DNA from: Candidatus Dormibacteria bacterium | GTDB taxonomy: Bacteria > Chloroflexota > Dormibacteria > Aeolococcales > Aeolococcaceae | Assembly: GCA_049511615.1 (NCBI GenBank) | Contig: JBEKXW010000001.1 | Location: 222,052-286,051, forward strand | Direction of reading: 5' to 3' | Length of the DNA stretch: 64,000 bases | In this document: positions 18,455 through 28,323 of the stretch, piece by piece | How positions within the stretch are numbered: position 1 is the first letter of the stretch | Layout of the letters: every line of letters starts with the position of its first letter | Translations under genes and position numbers: made by a program | The notes under the pieces: model-generated | Seen by the model: the letters and a program-made list of their open reading frames with translations, nothing else | Told to the model about the DNA's origin: nothing | Database searches by the model: none

Positions 18455-19123
18455 TCAGAGGTCGGTGAGGCGGACTCCCACCGTGCGACGGGAGAGTCGA
18501 TTGATGCCGAGCAGGAGCACCGTGAGCTGCTCGAGATGGCGGGCGTTGCCGAGCCGGCCCGCGTCCACGACCCTCACCCCGGGGAGCAGGCGGGCGACCT
18601 GGCGGACCTCATCCTTGGCGCCGTCGTCGTCGCCGCAGATGATCACGTCCTCGTCGAGGTCCTGGTGCAGCCGGCTGAGGTGGGTGCTGCTCACGGTGTG
18701 GAAGCCGGCGACGATCCGGCTGCCGGGCAGCAGCGCGGCGGCCTGCTCCGCTGCCGAGCCCTCGGCGACCGCCACCGCGACCGGACCCAGCTCGGGGTCG
18801 AAGCGAACTGGGACCGCGGTGCTCACCACCGGCTTGCCCCGGAGTGGCCCGGCCAGGTCGGGGAGCAGCGCCCGCTGTGCCTCGTAGGGCACGGTGAGGA
18901 TGGCCAGGTCCCCCGCGTTGGCGGCATCGGCGTTGACGGCCCCCTGAACCCTGGCGCCGCCTCCCTCCGCGGCGAGGCGCTCGGCAATCTCGATGGCCCG
19001 CTCCTCGGCGCGCTCCCGGTCGCGGGAGCCGATGACCACCGGCCGGCCAGCCCGCGCCAGCCGCAGCGCCAGGCCCGGACCGAGGCGTCCGGTACCGCCG
19101 ATCAGGGCGATGGTCGGGGGCAT
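18455..19123 (-). CDS. npdG: NADPH-dependent F420 reductase (Fno/NpdG)
   Basis: 'IALIGGTGRLGPGLALRLARAGRPVVIGSRDRERAEE' Rossmann N-terminus and 'ILTVPYEA'. Start taken at ATG 19123 (MPPTIALIGG). Confidence 0.8.
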   Translation of the reverse strand: MPPTIALIGGTGRLGPGLALRLARAGRPVVIGSRDRERAEERAIEIAERLAAEGGGARVQGAVNADAANAGDLAILTVPYEAQRALLPDLAGPLRGKPVVSTAVPVRFDPELGPVAVAVAEGSAAEQAAALLPGSRIVAGFHTVSSTHLSRLHQDLDEDVIICGDDDGAKDEVRQVARLLPGVRVVDAGRLGNARHLEQLTVLLLGINRLSRRTVGVRLTDL

Positions 19124-19130
19124 GCCCCCC

Positions 19131-19136
19131 AGTCTA
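19131..19136 (-). promoter_or_regulatory. -10-like box TAGACT, 7 nt upstream of npdG ATG (leaderless candidate)
   Basis: The minus strand reads CATAGACTGGGGGGCATG. Confidence 0.35.
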
Positions 19137-19281
19137 TGGGCGCCGCCGGGTCCACGGTGGAGGTGGGGGTGGGCGCCTGCGGGTGGACCCTCACGCGCAT
19201 GGTTCACGCCCCTCGTCACGCGGCTCGGTCAGAATGGGCACTCCGAGTGGGCCGCGGGCCCGGGTCGAGGGAGTGAGGCAG

Positions 19282-20232
19282 ATGGAGTTCCGTCGCGTCG
19301 GTGAGTCCGGGCTCGAGGTGTCCGTCGTCGGGGTGGGGTGCAACCAGTTCGGCCGCCGGGTCGATGCCACCGGGGTCGCGCGCATCGTCCATGCGGCTCT
19401 CGACGCCGGCGTCACCCTCTTCGACACCGCCGACGCCTACGGCGGCGGCGAGTCCGAGCGCCTGCTGGGAGCGGCGCTGCGGGGTCGCCGTGATGCCGCC
19501 ATCGTGGCGACCAAGGTGGGCGGCAAGATGGGCGAGGGCCCCTACAGCTCCGGCGCCTCGCGTCGCCACATCCGCGCCGGGGCGGAGGCCAGCCTTCGCC
19601 GTCTCGGGACGGATTGGATCGACCTCTACCAGGTGCACTTCCCCGACGCTGACACCCCCATCGAGGAGACCCTCTCCGCGCTCGACGACCTGGTCCGCGA
19701 GGGCAAGGTGCGCTACATCGGCTGCTCCAACTTCAGCGGCTGGCAGATCGCCGACGCCGATTGGACCTCCTACATCCACCATCTCAGCCGCTTCATCAGC
19801 GCCCAGAACGAGTACAGCCTGCTCAACCGGGCCGCCGAGGCGGAGGTGGCCCCCGCCTGCGAGCACTTCGGTCTGGGGCTGATCCCCTACTTCCCGCTGA
19901 TGCGCGGACTGCTCACCGGACGTTACCGGCGCGGTGAGACTCCCCCCGAGGGGGGCCGGCTCTCCGGACCGGCGGGCGATGGCCTCCTGACCGACGCCAA
20001 CTTCGACATCGTCGAGGGCCTGTCCGCCTACGCCCGCCGCAAGGGGACTGACCTCCTCGGCGTCGCCATCGGGGGTCTGCTGGCCCAGCCGGCGGTGGTG
20101 TCGGTGATCGCCGGGGCGAGCCAACCCGACCAGGTGCTGGCCAACGTCGCGGCCGCGGAGTGGGAGCCGGGCCCGGAGGACCTCGAGGAGCTGGACGAGA
20201 TCGCGCCCCCGCGGCGGCCGGCCGGGGAGTAG
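19282..20232 (+). CDS. aldo/keto reductase
   Basis: 'FDTADAYGGGESE', 'IDLYQVHFPD' and 'GKVRYIGCSNFSGWQ'. GAGGGAGTGAGG RBS upstream of ATG 19282. Confidence 0.9.
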   Translation: MEFRRVGESGLEVSVVGVGCNQFGRRVDATGVARIVHAALDAGVTLFDTADAYGGGESERLLGAALRGRRDAAIVATKVGGKMGEGPYSSGASRRHIRAGAEASLRRLGTDWIDLYQVHFPDADTPIEETLSALDDLVREGKVRYIGCSNFSGWQIADADWTSYIHHLSRFISAQNEYSLLNRAAEAEVAPACEHFGLGLIPYFPLMRGLLTGRYRRGETPPEGGRLSGPAGDGLLTDANFDIVEGLSAYARRKGTDLLGVAIGGLLAQPAVVSVIAGASQPDQVLANVAAAEWEPGPEDLEELDEIAPPRRPAGE

Positions 20233-20331
20233 CCGACCCCTGACGGGTGGGGATCCGTCGCGCGGCCACCGGGCGGCTCTGCGCGCATGGCGACGGCCGG
20301 CGATCGCCGCCGGGCGGCGCACCTCCCTCCG

Positions 20332-20337
20332 TACACT
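20332..20337 (+). promoter_or_regulatory. -10-like box TACACT, 8 nt upstream of sucC GTG (leaderless candidate)
   Basis: ccgTACACTcgctgaccGTG; no SD. Confidence 0.35.
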
Positions 20338-20345
20338 CGCTGACC

Positions 20346-21533
20346 GTGAAGCTCCTCGAGCACCAGGCCAAGCGCCAGTTCGCCCGGGTCGGGATCCGGG
20401 TGCCCGCCGGCCGTCTCGCCCGCTCCCCGGAGGAGGCGGCCGAGGCGGCCCGGGAGCTGGGCCGGGTGGCCGTCAAGGCACAGGTGCCGATCGGCGGCAG
20501 GGGCAAGGCCGGCGGGATCGCGGTGGTCGACTCGCCCGAGGAGGCACGCCGGGAGGCCGCCCGCATCCTGGCCATGGAGATCCGCGGCTACCCGGTGAGG
20601 TCGGTGTGGTGCGAGGCCGGCCTCGAGATCGCCCACGAGCTGTACCTGGGGATCACCCTCGACCGGGATCGCCGCCGCCTGGCCCTCATCCTCTCCGCCG
20701 GCGGGGGGATGGAGATCGAGGAGGTGGCGGTGGCGAACCCCGAGAGGATCGCCAAGCTCTGGCCCGATCCCTTTGCCGGGCCGCAGCCGTTCGAGGTCCG
20801 CCGGCTTGCCTTCTCGGCCCTCTCTCACGCTCTGGAGCTGGCGGAGGTGCGGGGCCGTCTCGTCACCGCGCTCGTCCCCCTCGCCCAGACGCTCCACCGG
20901 CTGGCCGTCGATCTCGATGCGGTCACCTGCGAGATCAACCCCCTCGTCCTCACCGCCGCGGGGGAGCTGGTCGCCGCCGACGGCAAGCTGGAGGTCGACG
21001 AGAACGCCGAGTACCGCCACCCAGAGCTGGCCGCCGAGCTCGCCCTCGACCTGGAGGGCGAGGACGGCCGGACCGGTGAGGACCCCTATGAGGCCGAGGC
21101 CAAGCGCCGCGGGCTCACCTACGTCCACCTCCCCGGCGGCACCATCGGCTGCATCGGCAACGGCGCGGGGCTGGTCATGAACACCCTCGACCTGGTCCAG
21201 CAGATGGGCGGCAGGCCCAACAACTTCCTGGACATCGGCGGCGGCGCCAGCGCCGAGAAAGTCCGGAGCTCGCTGGCCATGGTCCTCAGCGACCCCGACG
21301 TCCGCGGCGTCTTCATCAACATCTTCGGGGGCATCACCCGCGGCGACGAGGTGGCGCGCGGGATCGTCCAGGCCCGCGACGAGCTGGGCATCAGCATGCC
21401 CCTGGTGGTGCGGATGACCGGCACCAACGAGGAGGAGGGGCGTCGCATCCTCGCCGAGGCCGGGATCGTCCCGGGGACCAGCGCTCCCGAGGCGGCGCGG
21501 AAGATCGTCGAGCTGGTGGAGGGCTGCCGGTGA
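20346..21533 (+). CDS. sucC: succinyl-CoA synthetase beta subunit
   Basis: '[20 protein letters not shown]', '[15 protein letters not shown]' and '[15 protein letters not shown]'. Confidence 0.93.
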   Translation: MKLLEHQAKRQFARVGIRVPAGRLARSPEEAAEAARELGRVAVKAQVPIGGRGKAGGIAVVDSPEEARREAARILAMEIRGYPVRSVWCEAGLEIAHELYLGITLDRDRRRLALILSAGGGMEIEEVAVANPERIAKLWPDPFAGPQPFEVRRLAFSALSHALELAEVRGRLVTALVPLAQTLHRLAVDLDAVTCEINPLVLTAAGELVAADGKLEVDENAEYRHPELAAELALDLEGEDGRTGEDPYEAEAKRRGLTYVHLPGGTIGCIGNGAGLVMNTLDLVQQMGGRPNNFLDIGGGASAEKVRSSLAMVLSDPDVRGVFINIFGGITRGDEVARGIVQARDELGISMPLVVRMTGTNEEEGRRILAEAGIVPGTSAPEAARKIVELVEGCR

Positions 21534-21591
21534 TCGTGACCGCCGCCGCCGTGCCGGCGACCACCATGCCGCTGGCCGGGAGCGTCCGCTG

Positions 21592-22467
21592 ATGGCGATC
21601 CTCATCGACGGTTCCACCCGGGTGCTGGTCCAGGGCATCACCGGCCGGGAGGGGAGCTTCCACACCCAGCAGATGCAGGCCTACGGCACCCAGGTGGTGG
21701 CCGGGGTGGTGCCCGGCCGGGGCGGGGGGGAAGCGCTGGGGGTGCCCGTCTTCGACACCGTCGCCGACGCGGCGGCGGCGACGGGGGCGGATACCGCCTT
21801 CACCATCGTGCCCCCCGCGTTCGCCGCCGACGCGGTGATGGAGGCGGCCGCGGCGGGGCTGCGGCTCGGTGTCTGTGTCACCGAGGGCGTCCCCGTGCTC
21901 GACATGGTTCGGGCCACCGCGTTCGTCGAGCGCACCGCGATGCGCCTGATCGGTCCCAACTGCCCGGGGGTGATGACCGCCGGACAGTCCAAGATCGGCT
22001 TCATCCCCAACCACGTCGGCCGTTCCGGCCGGGTCGGGGTGGTGGCCCGGAGCGGCACGCTCACCTACGAGGTGATCCAGGGCCTCTCCGACGCCGGCCA
22101 CGGCGAGACGACGGCGGTGGGCATCGGGGGCGACCCCGTGCTCGGCTCGACCTTCCTCGACATCCTCCCCCTCTTCGCCGCCGACGCCGCGACCGAGGCG
22201 GTGGTGCTGGTGGGGGAGATCGGCGGGTCGGACGAGGAGCGGGCCGCGGAGTGGATCCGCGCCTCCGGGTTCGACAAGCCGGTGGTCGCCTTCATCAGCG
22301 GGCGGACGGCTCCTCCGGGCAAGCGCATGGGTCATGCCGGAGCCATCATCAGCGGGACCACCGGGTCGGCCCAGGGCAAGATCGATGCGCTGCTGACGGC
22401 GGGCGCCTCGGTCGCCGACACCATCGAGGACGTGGTGCGGCTGGTCGGGGACAGGCTGAGGCCCTAG
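21592..22467 (+). CDS. sucD: succinyl-CoA synthetase alpha subunit
   Basis: '[14 protein letters not shown]', 'LIGPNCPG', 'SRSGTLTYE' and 'MGHAGAII' (phosphohistidine loop). Confidence 0.93.
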   Translation: MAILIDGSTRVLVQGITGREGSFHTQQMQAYGTQVVAGVVPGRGGGEALGVPVFDTVADAAAATGADTAFTIVPPAFAADAVMEAAAAGLRLGVCVTEGVPVLDMVRATAFVERTAMRLIGPNCPGVMTAGQSKIGFIPNHVGRSGRVGVVARSGTLTYEVIQGLSDAGHGETTAVGIGGDPVLGSTFLDILPLFAADAATEAVVLVGEIGGSDEERAAEWIRASGFDKPVVAFISGRTAPPGKRMGHAGAIISGTTGSAQGKIDALLTAGASVADTIEDVVRLVGDRLRP

Positions 22468-25184
22468 GCCGTGCTGGGCATGCTCGCGGCCGGGTCATCG
22501 GGCTCCTGGGCGGCGCTCCTCGCCTGCCGCCGGCCCTTCAGCTTGGCCAGGTACATGGCGGAATCGGCGGCGCGCAGGATGTCGTCGGGGCGCTCCTGGC
22601 CGGTCACGCTCAGGGCTGCGCCGACGGCGGCGCTGATGACGACCTGCTCGCCGTCGATGTCGTAGGGGGCGCAGAGACGGCGGGAGATGTCGTCGGCGAT
22701 CGCCTCCAGCGCGTCGAGCGCATGGACGTCCTCCAGCAGGACGGCGAACTCGTCGCCCCCCAGGCGCGCCGCGGTGTCGGCTTCGCGCAGGCGCTGGCCG
22801 AGGCGATCGGCCACCTGGATGAGCAGCTGATCCCCGGCCAGGTGCCCGAGGTTGTCGTTCACCTGCTTGAAACCGTCCAGGTCCAGGAACAGCAGCGCGA
22901 TCCGGACGTCGGGGTTCCTCCGGGCTCGCGCCAGGGCCTGGGTCAGGCGGTCGAGGAAGAGGGTGCGGTTGGGCAGGCCGGTCAGGGCGTCGTGGTGGGC
23001 GCTGTAACGGAGCTTCTCCTCCAGCTCGCGCTGGGCGGTGACATCGGTGAGGGAACCCACCAGGCGAACGGCGGGGCCGTCCGGCGCCGCCTGGACCACC
23101 AGTGCCTGGCAGCTCATCCACCGGTAGGTGCCGTCGGCGGCGCGCAGGCGATGCTCACACTCCATGACACGCTGCTTGCCGTCGACGCAGTCGCTCACCG
23201 CCTGGCGCAAACGGACGCGGTCGCCGGGGTGAACCCGGCTGAACCACTCGTCGGGGCTGGTCCCGATCTCCGCGCCCTGGTGGCCGATCATCGCCTTCCA
23301 GCGCTCCGAGTAATAGACGCTCGAGGTGCCGAGCTCCCAGTCCCAGAGGCCGTCGTTGGCGGCCCGCGCCGCCAGCGCATAGCGCTCCTCGCTGCGGCGG
23401 ATCTTCTCCACCAGGTCGCGCTCCCGCTTGTAGGCCCGGGCGAGATCCTCGGTCTGGGTGCGGAGCCATTCGTTCATCACCTCGCGTTCGACCGCGACGC
23501 TGACCAGGGCGTTGTTCTCGAAGTGGAGATCCCGCCCGGTGACGTGGGTGATCTCGATCGGCGCGATCATGGCAATGAGGCCGAGATCCATCCCACTGGT
23601 CTTCACGGGGAGGACGACGGCGATCTCGCCGGGTCCCCACTCCACCTCCTCGAGGAGGGCGCGGGGGGGGAAGTCCTCGACCCGAGCCCGGGGGGGGAGG
23701 TCCAGCGGTCGCGTCTCCCGCGCGTACTCACCGGAGACGGTCAGGAGGTGCTGACGCTCCCCGCCCTCCTCGCGCTCCGCCGACCAGAGGCCCAGGCAGC
23801 CGGCGCGGGCCGTGGTGTGGGCGAGCCAGCCCAGCGATCGCGGGTCGCCGGCACTGCCGCTCAGCAGGGACATGCTCAGCTGGTGCTCCCTCCGCATCTG
23901 GAGGTGGAGGGCGGTGTTGGACGTCGACTCGCGCTGTGCCAGTGCCCGGGACAGCTCCACCATCACCTCGGTGATGACGGCCTCGAGATGCGCGGCAGCC
24001 GCGCCGCCGTCCAGGGTCGTCTCCATCTCCTGACCGTAGCGGCGCAGGCACTCGACGGTGGCGGTGATGGTGGTCCACCGCGGGCTGATCGAGAAGAGCG
24101 CCTCGGCCGCCCGGCGGAAGCCGTCAGGTGGCGGCTCGGATGCCTCGGGCTCCGGTTTGGTGCATCGCTCGATGAGCTCGACCGCCACGTCCAGGGCCGC
24201 GGACTGCTCGGGGAGGAGCGCCTCTCCTCCGTTCAGGAGCCTCTGGAGCCGGAAGCGGAGCCGATCCCTGGGTGTGGGGAGGAGGGAGCGATCGGGTTCG
24301 CCGAGGACGTCCACCGCGGAGCCTGTCGCGCAGCCGCACGACTCGCGGGGCACGAACGAGGTGGGCACGAGATGACGTCCGGCTGCCACGTCCTTCCCCC
24401 GGACCATGTCGAGCAGCAGCTTGGCGGCGAGGCCGCCGGTGGCGTTGAAGCTCTGGCGCACGCTCGACAGGGTGGGACGGACCGATGACGCGGCCTCCAC
24501 GTCGTCGAAGCCCACGATCGCCTGGTCGTCGGGGAGGACCAGTCCCGCCTCACCGAGTGCCTTCATGACCCCCATCGCGTTGTAGTCGGTCGCCGCCACG
24601 ACGGCGGTCGATGGCATGCCCGCCGCCAGCATCGCCCTCGCCGCGGCCTGGCCCGTGCCCTCCAGGTTGTCCGCGGTCTCGAACACGAGGCTGTCGTCGG
24701 GGGTGATCCCGTGGGCGGTGAGCGCCTCCCGGTAGGCGTCGAGGCGGTCCCGGGTGTCGGCCTGGAGGGTGCTCCCGACGAAGGCGATGCGGCGGTGGCC
24801 GTGCTCGACCAGGTGCGCCACCGCCTGGCGGACCCCGCCGCGGTTGTCCGGTCGCACCACCGGGCAGGAGAAGCCATCCACCTCCTCGCTGAGCAGCACC
24901 ACGGGCTTGCCGGAATCCCGCAGCGTCTCGAGGTACGCGCGGTCCACCGCGTTGACCACTACGACGAAGCCGGCCACCTGGTCCCAGGCCGCCCGGAGGG
25001 TGTAGTGGGGCACGCGCACATCGAGGTCCCCCTGGCTGGGGTCGAGGGTCTGGATTGCGACCAGCCGGCCACCGGCGCCGGCGACCGTGTCGGCCATCCC
25101 CGCGAGCACCGCGCTCATGTAGCTACCGGCGACCAGGGGTGATAGGACTCCGATTCTGAGCTGCCCGTCCCGCCTCTCGACCAA
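22464..25184 (-). CDS. multidomain sensor: LacI-type sugar-binding (Peripla_BP) domain without HTH, uncharacterised middle region, PAS, GGDEF
   Basis: N-terminus starts directly at '[16 protein letters not shown]..' and carries '[28 protein letters not shown]', '[16 protein letters not shown]' and 'IVGFDD'. Later come PAS '[21 protein letters not shown]' and GGDEF 'DALTGLPNR...[12 protein letters not shown]'. AGGAGAGG lies upstream of the TTG start. Confidence 0.85.
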   Translation of the reverse strand: MVERRDGQLRIGVLSPLVAGSYMSAVLAGMADTVAGAGGRLVAIQTLDPSQGDLDVRVPHYTLRAAWDQVAGFVVVVNAVDRAYLETLRDSGKPVVLLSEEVDGFSCPVVRPDNRGGVRQAVAHLVEHGHRRIAFVGSTLQADTRDRLDAYREALTAHGITPDDSLVFETADNLEGTGQAAARAMLAAGMPSTAVVAATDYNAMGVMKALGEAGLVLPDDQAIVGFDDVEAASSVRPTLSSVRQSFNATGGLAAKLLLDMVRGKDVAAGRHLVPTSFVPRESCGCATGSAVDVLGEPDRSLLPTPRDRLRFRLQRLLNGGEALLPEQSAALDVAVELIERCTKPEPEASEPPPDGFRRAAEALFSISPRWTTITATVECLRRYGQEMETTLDGGAAAAHLEAVITEVMVELSRALAQRESTSNTALHLQMRREHQLSMSLLSGSAGDPRSLGWLAHTTARAGCLGLWSAEREEGGERQHLLTVSGEYARETRPLDLPPRARVEDFPPRALLEEVEWGPGEIAVVLPVKTSGMDLGLIAMIAPIEITHVTGRDLHFENNALVSVAVEREVMNEWLRTQTEDLARAYKRERDLVEKIRRSEERYALAARAANDGLWDWELGTSSVYYSERWKAMIGHQGAEIGTSPDEWFSRVHPGDRVRLRQAVSDCVDGKQRVMECEHRLRAADGTYRWMSCQALVVQAAPDGPAVRLVGSLTDVTAQRELEEKLRYSAHHDALTGLPNRTLFLDRLTQALARARRNPDVRIALLFLDLDGFKQVNDNLGHLAGDQLLIQVADRLGQRLREADTAARLGGDEFAVLLEDVHALDALEAIADDISRRLCAPYDIDGEQVVISAAVGAALSVTGQERPDDILRAADSAMYLAKLKGRRQARSAAQEPDDPAASMPSTA

Positions 25185-25476
25185 CGGCCTCTCCTGCCAA
25201 CGCCGCGTGATCGGACCGCGTCGGCGGCGGTCCGGGACGCCGGCGGGGGATCCCCGCGTGGCGGCGGCCAGCGGAGGCGCAGCCCTGAGGCGATTCTGGC
25301 ACCGCGCAGGAGTCGATTCGGGGACGCCGGGGAGTTGTCATCGACTCGCCACAATGCCGGTCCCGTTGCGATCCCGAGGCGGTGGTGACCGGCGCCCGGC
25401 CCCTGCGCGGTCACCTGGTGGTCGCCTCCGGCGGTCAGTGTCGGCCCGGGGCGGAGGACCCCGACCTCGCCCCGAG

Positions 25477-25482
25477 TAGGAT
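25477..25482 (+). promoter_or_regulatory. -10-like box TAGGAT, 6 nt upstream of thiolase ATG (leaderless candidate)
   Basis: gagTAGGATcagccgATG; no SD. Confidence 0.4.
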
Positions 25483-25488
25483 CAGCCG

Positions 25489-26664
25489 ATGGCCGAGGCG
25501 GTCATCGTCGCTGCCGTCCGCACCCCCTTCGGGAGGTTGGGAGGAGCCCTCAGCGCCCTGCCGGCGGTGGAGCTCGGAGCCATCGTCATCCGCGAGGTGC
25601 TGGTCCGTGCCCAGGTCCCGCCGGGCGAGGTGGACCAGCTGATCATGGGCACCGTCATCGGCGCCGGCCAGGGCCAGGTCCCCTCCCGGCAGGCGGGCCT
25701 CCGCGCGGGGCTCCCACCCCACGTGCCCTCCTTCACCGTCAACAAGGTGTGCGCCTCGTCCCTCAAGGCGGTGAACCTCGCCGCTCTCCTGATCCGGAGT
25801 GGCGAGGCCGAGGTGGTGGTGGCCGGAGGCATGGAGTCGATGTCGCGCTCCCCCTACCTGCTCGAGGACCACCGTTTCGGCAGCCGCCTGGGTGACCGGG
25901 TGGCGGTCGACGCCATGCTCCGCGACGGGCTGATCTGCCCCGTGGACGGCGTCCAGATGGGGGTCCACGGCGACCGGGTGGCCGCCGAGCTGGGGGTCAG
26001 CCGGGAGGAGCAGGACGCCTGGGCGCTCCGTTCCCAGCGGCGCTACGCGGAGGCCCTGGCCGCCGGCCGCTTCGCCCGCGAGATCCTCCCCGTCGCCGGC
26101 CTCCGCGGCGAGGTGAGCGCCGACGAGCAGCCCCGTCCGGACACCACGGCCGAGCGGCTGGCGGCGCTCCGGCCGGTCTTCGGTGAGGACGGCACCGTCA
26201 CCGCGGGGAACGCCCCGGGGGTCAACGATGGGGCCTCCGCGGTCCTGCTGATGTCCGAGCAACGGGCCAGGGCGGCGGGGCTCGACCCCCTGGGGTGGTG
26301 GGTGACCGCCGCCGATTCGGCCGCCGAGCACCCCTACCTCGCCACGGTCCCGGCCCTCGCCGTCCAGCGCGCCCTGGCCCGGACGCGCGGCGAGGTCAGC
26401 GTCGATCGACTCGAGGCGCTGGAGATCAATGAGGCGTTCGCCGCCGTGGCCATCACCTCCACCCGGATGCTGGAGATCGATCCCGAGCGGGTCAACGTCA
26501 ACGGCGGCGCCGTCGCCATCGGTCACCCGATCGGCGCCACCGGCGCCCGGATCCTGATGACCCTGCTCTACGAGCTGAACCGGCGCGGTGGCGGCTATGG
26601 AGCCGCGGGCATCTGCAGCGGGATGGCCCAGGGCGAGGCGACGGTGGTCCGCGTCGGCAAGTGA
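25489..26664 (+). CDS. acetyl-CoA C-acetyltransferase (thiolase II)
   Basis: 'VIVAAVRTPFG', 'VNKVCASSLKAV' (active-site Cys), 'NEAFA' and 'GGAVAIGHPIGATGAR...CSGMAQG'. Confidence 0.93.
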   Translation: MAEAVIVAAVRTPFGRLGGALSALPAVELGAIVIREVLVRAQVPPGEVDQLIMGTVIGAGQGQVPSRQAGLRAGLPPHVPSFTVNKVCASSLKAVNLAALLIRSGEAEVVVAGGMESMSRSPYLLEDHRFGSRLGDRVAVDAMLRDGLICPVDGVQMGVHGDRVAAELGVSREEQDAWALRSQRRYAEALAAGRFAREILPVAGLRGEVSADEQPRPDTTAERLAALRPVFGEDGTVTAGNAPGVNDGASAVLLMSEQRARAAGLDPLGWWVTAADSAAEHPYLATVPALAVQRALARTRGEVSVDRLEALEINEAFAAVAITSTRMLEIDPERVNVNGGAVAIGHPIGATGARILMTLLYELNRRGGGYGAAGICSGMAQGEATVVRVGK

Positions 26665-26884
26665 GGGGCCCCGGGCGGGTTGACCGGGCCGCGCCGGGCA
26701 CCCCGCAGGTCCGGCGGCCCGGGCATCTCCCGGCGCCCACGCGGTCGCGGTGCTGGTTTACCCTTGCGGGCGACCGTACCCCCCTCGTCGACGACCACGT
26801 TCCAGAAGAAGGACCCTGACCGGCTGGGCCCAAGGTCGGGCGGGCAGCCGTCCGCCGTGCGGGCCCTGACCGGAACACATCGAG

Positions 26885-28321
26885 ATGGCATCGAGAACGC
26901 GCCTCCGGCGCTCGCGGTACAACCTGCTTCCGCGCTGGATGACGACCCGCCGGATGGTCATCGCCGGCACGCTCACCGTGCTGCTGATCGTCGGCGTCTA
27001 CGGGTACGGGGTGCTCGCCGGTGTGGCCAAGGTCTTCCACACCGACGTCCCGTCCGTCATCGGAAGCCTGATCAAGGGCGAGAGCGGCTCGACCATCGAG
27101 AACAACCAGGTCGCCAACGACCAGCGGATCAATATCGCGCTCTACGGGTACGGAGGCCCCGGCCACGACGGGGAGTTCCTCACCGACTCGATCATGATCA
27201 TCTCCATCCAGCCACACCCGAGCGGGCCTCCCCAGGTCGCCGAGATCTCCATTCCCCGCGACTGGTATGTCCCGATCTACAACGCGGCGGGAAAGAAGGT
27301 CGACGAGGGCCGGATCAACCAGGCCTACAGCGACGGCATGCTCGACGGTGACGGCGGGGTCCCCGCCGGCCAGACCGACGCCGGGGGCGCCATGGCGGAC
27401 GCCGCTCTCACCCACCTTCTCGGTATCCCCATCGATTACTTCGTCGGCCTCGACTTCACCGCCTTCCAGCAGGCCGTGGACGCCGTCGGCGGCATCGACA
27501 TCGACGTCCCGGTCGGCTTCGTCGACAACCAGTACCCCGCCTGCGCCGCCGACAGCTGCCCTTACGAGACGATCAGCTTCAGGGCGGGAGAGCAGCACAT
27601 GAACGGGGCCACCGCGCTGATATACGCCCGCTCGCGGCACGGGGACAATGGCCAGGGCACCGACTTCGCACGCAGCCAGCGCCAGCAGCAGATCCTCATC
27701 GCGCTCAAGGCCAAGGTGCTCTCCATCGGGGGTATCGGCGACCTGCCCAGCCTGCTCGACGCCCTCGGCAGCAACGTGGACACCAACATGACCATCGATG
27801 ATGCCGAGGCGATCTACAACCTGGTCTCCGGGGTGAGCTCGGCGTCCATCCTCCACGCCAGCCTTGACGACACCAACTTCCTCTACGAATGCGGCTACCC
27901 CACCAACTGCGGAGCCGACTACCTCTTCGCCCACAACAGCACCTACGCCCCCATCGCGCAGTTCATCCGGGACGTCTTCGTCCCCCCGGCCGCCCTCGCC
28001 AAGGACCCGACCGTGGGCATCGAGGATGCCAGCGGCACCGGCGAGGGGGCGTCCTCCCGCTGGACCGCCATCTTCGGCGAGCTGGGCTGGACGACCCAGG
28101 ACCTGGGCCGGGTCCCGACCGCTTTCGGGACCCAGGTCATTGACGAGGGTGGCGCCAAGGACGCAGCGGCTGCCAAGTGGTTCGCGGCATACTTTGGTGT
28201 CTCCGTCACGACGGTGCCTCCGCCCATCCCGGGAGCGTCCGGCTCTGCAGACGGCGTCCTCGTCGTCCTCGGGCAGGACGAGGAGAGCAACTTCAACCAC
28301 GACCCGGGGTATGGGAGCTGA
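26885..28321 (+). CDS. LCP (LytR-CpsA-Psr) family cell-wall glycopolymer ligase
   Basis: N-terminal TM anchor. 'INIALYGYGG...TDSIMIISI', 'ISIPRDWYV', 'FVGLDFTAFQQAVDAVGGIDIDVP' and 'ALIYARSRH...DFARSQRQQQIL'. Confidence 0.88.
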   Translation: MASRTRLRRSRYNLLPRWMTTRRMVIAGTLTVLLIVGVYGYGVLAGVAKVFHTDVPSVIGSLIKGESGSTIENNQVANDQRINIALYGYGGPGHDGEFLTDSIMIISIQPHPSGPPQVAEISIPRDWYVPIYNAAGKKVDEGRINQAYSDGMLDGDGGVPAGQTDAGGAMADAALTHLLGIPIDYFVGLDFTAFQQAVDAVGGIDIDVPVGFVDNQYPACAADSCPYETISFRAGEQHMNGATALIYARSRHGDNGQGTDFARSQRQQQILIALKAKVLSIGGIGDLPSLLDALGSNVDTNMTIDDAEAIYNLVSGVSSASILHASLDDTNFLYECGYPTNCGADYLFAHNSTYAPIAQFIRDVFVPPAALAKDPTVGIEDASGTGEGASSRWTAIFGELGWTTQDLGRVPTAFGTQVIDEGGAKDAAAAKWFAAYFGVSVTTVPPPIPGASGSADGVLVVLGQDEESNFNHDPGYGS

Positions 28322-28323
28322 CC

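Noticed and set aside
22464-22467. sucD and the GGDEF gene share a palindromic CTAG as overlapping convergent stop codons
   Set aside because: The overlap is real, but it is a trivial consequence of convergent gene packing with no evident function.
22251-24488. 745-aa plus-strand ORF overlapping the 3' end of sucD and antisense to the PBP-PAS-GGDEF gene
   Set aside because: The opposite strand carries clear LacI-type, PAS and GGDEF motifs. This frame has none and would overlap sucD in another frame.
25384-25415. GGTGACCG...CGGTCACC inverted repeat sharing half-sites with the 11603-11616 palindrome, as a possible common operator
   Set aside because: GGTGACC-type strings are frequent in this GC-rich coding sequence, and the spacing differs (0 versus 16 nt). 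Two occurrences are insufficient to claim a regulon.
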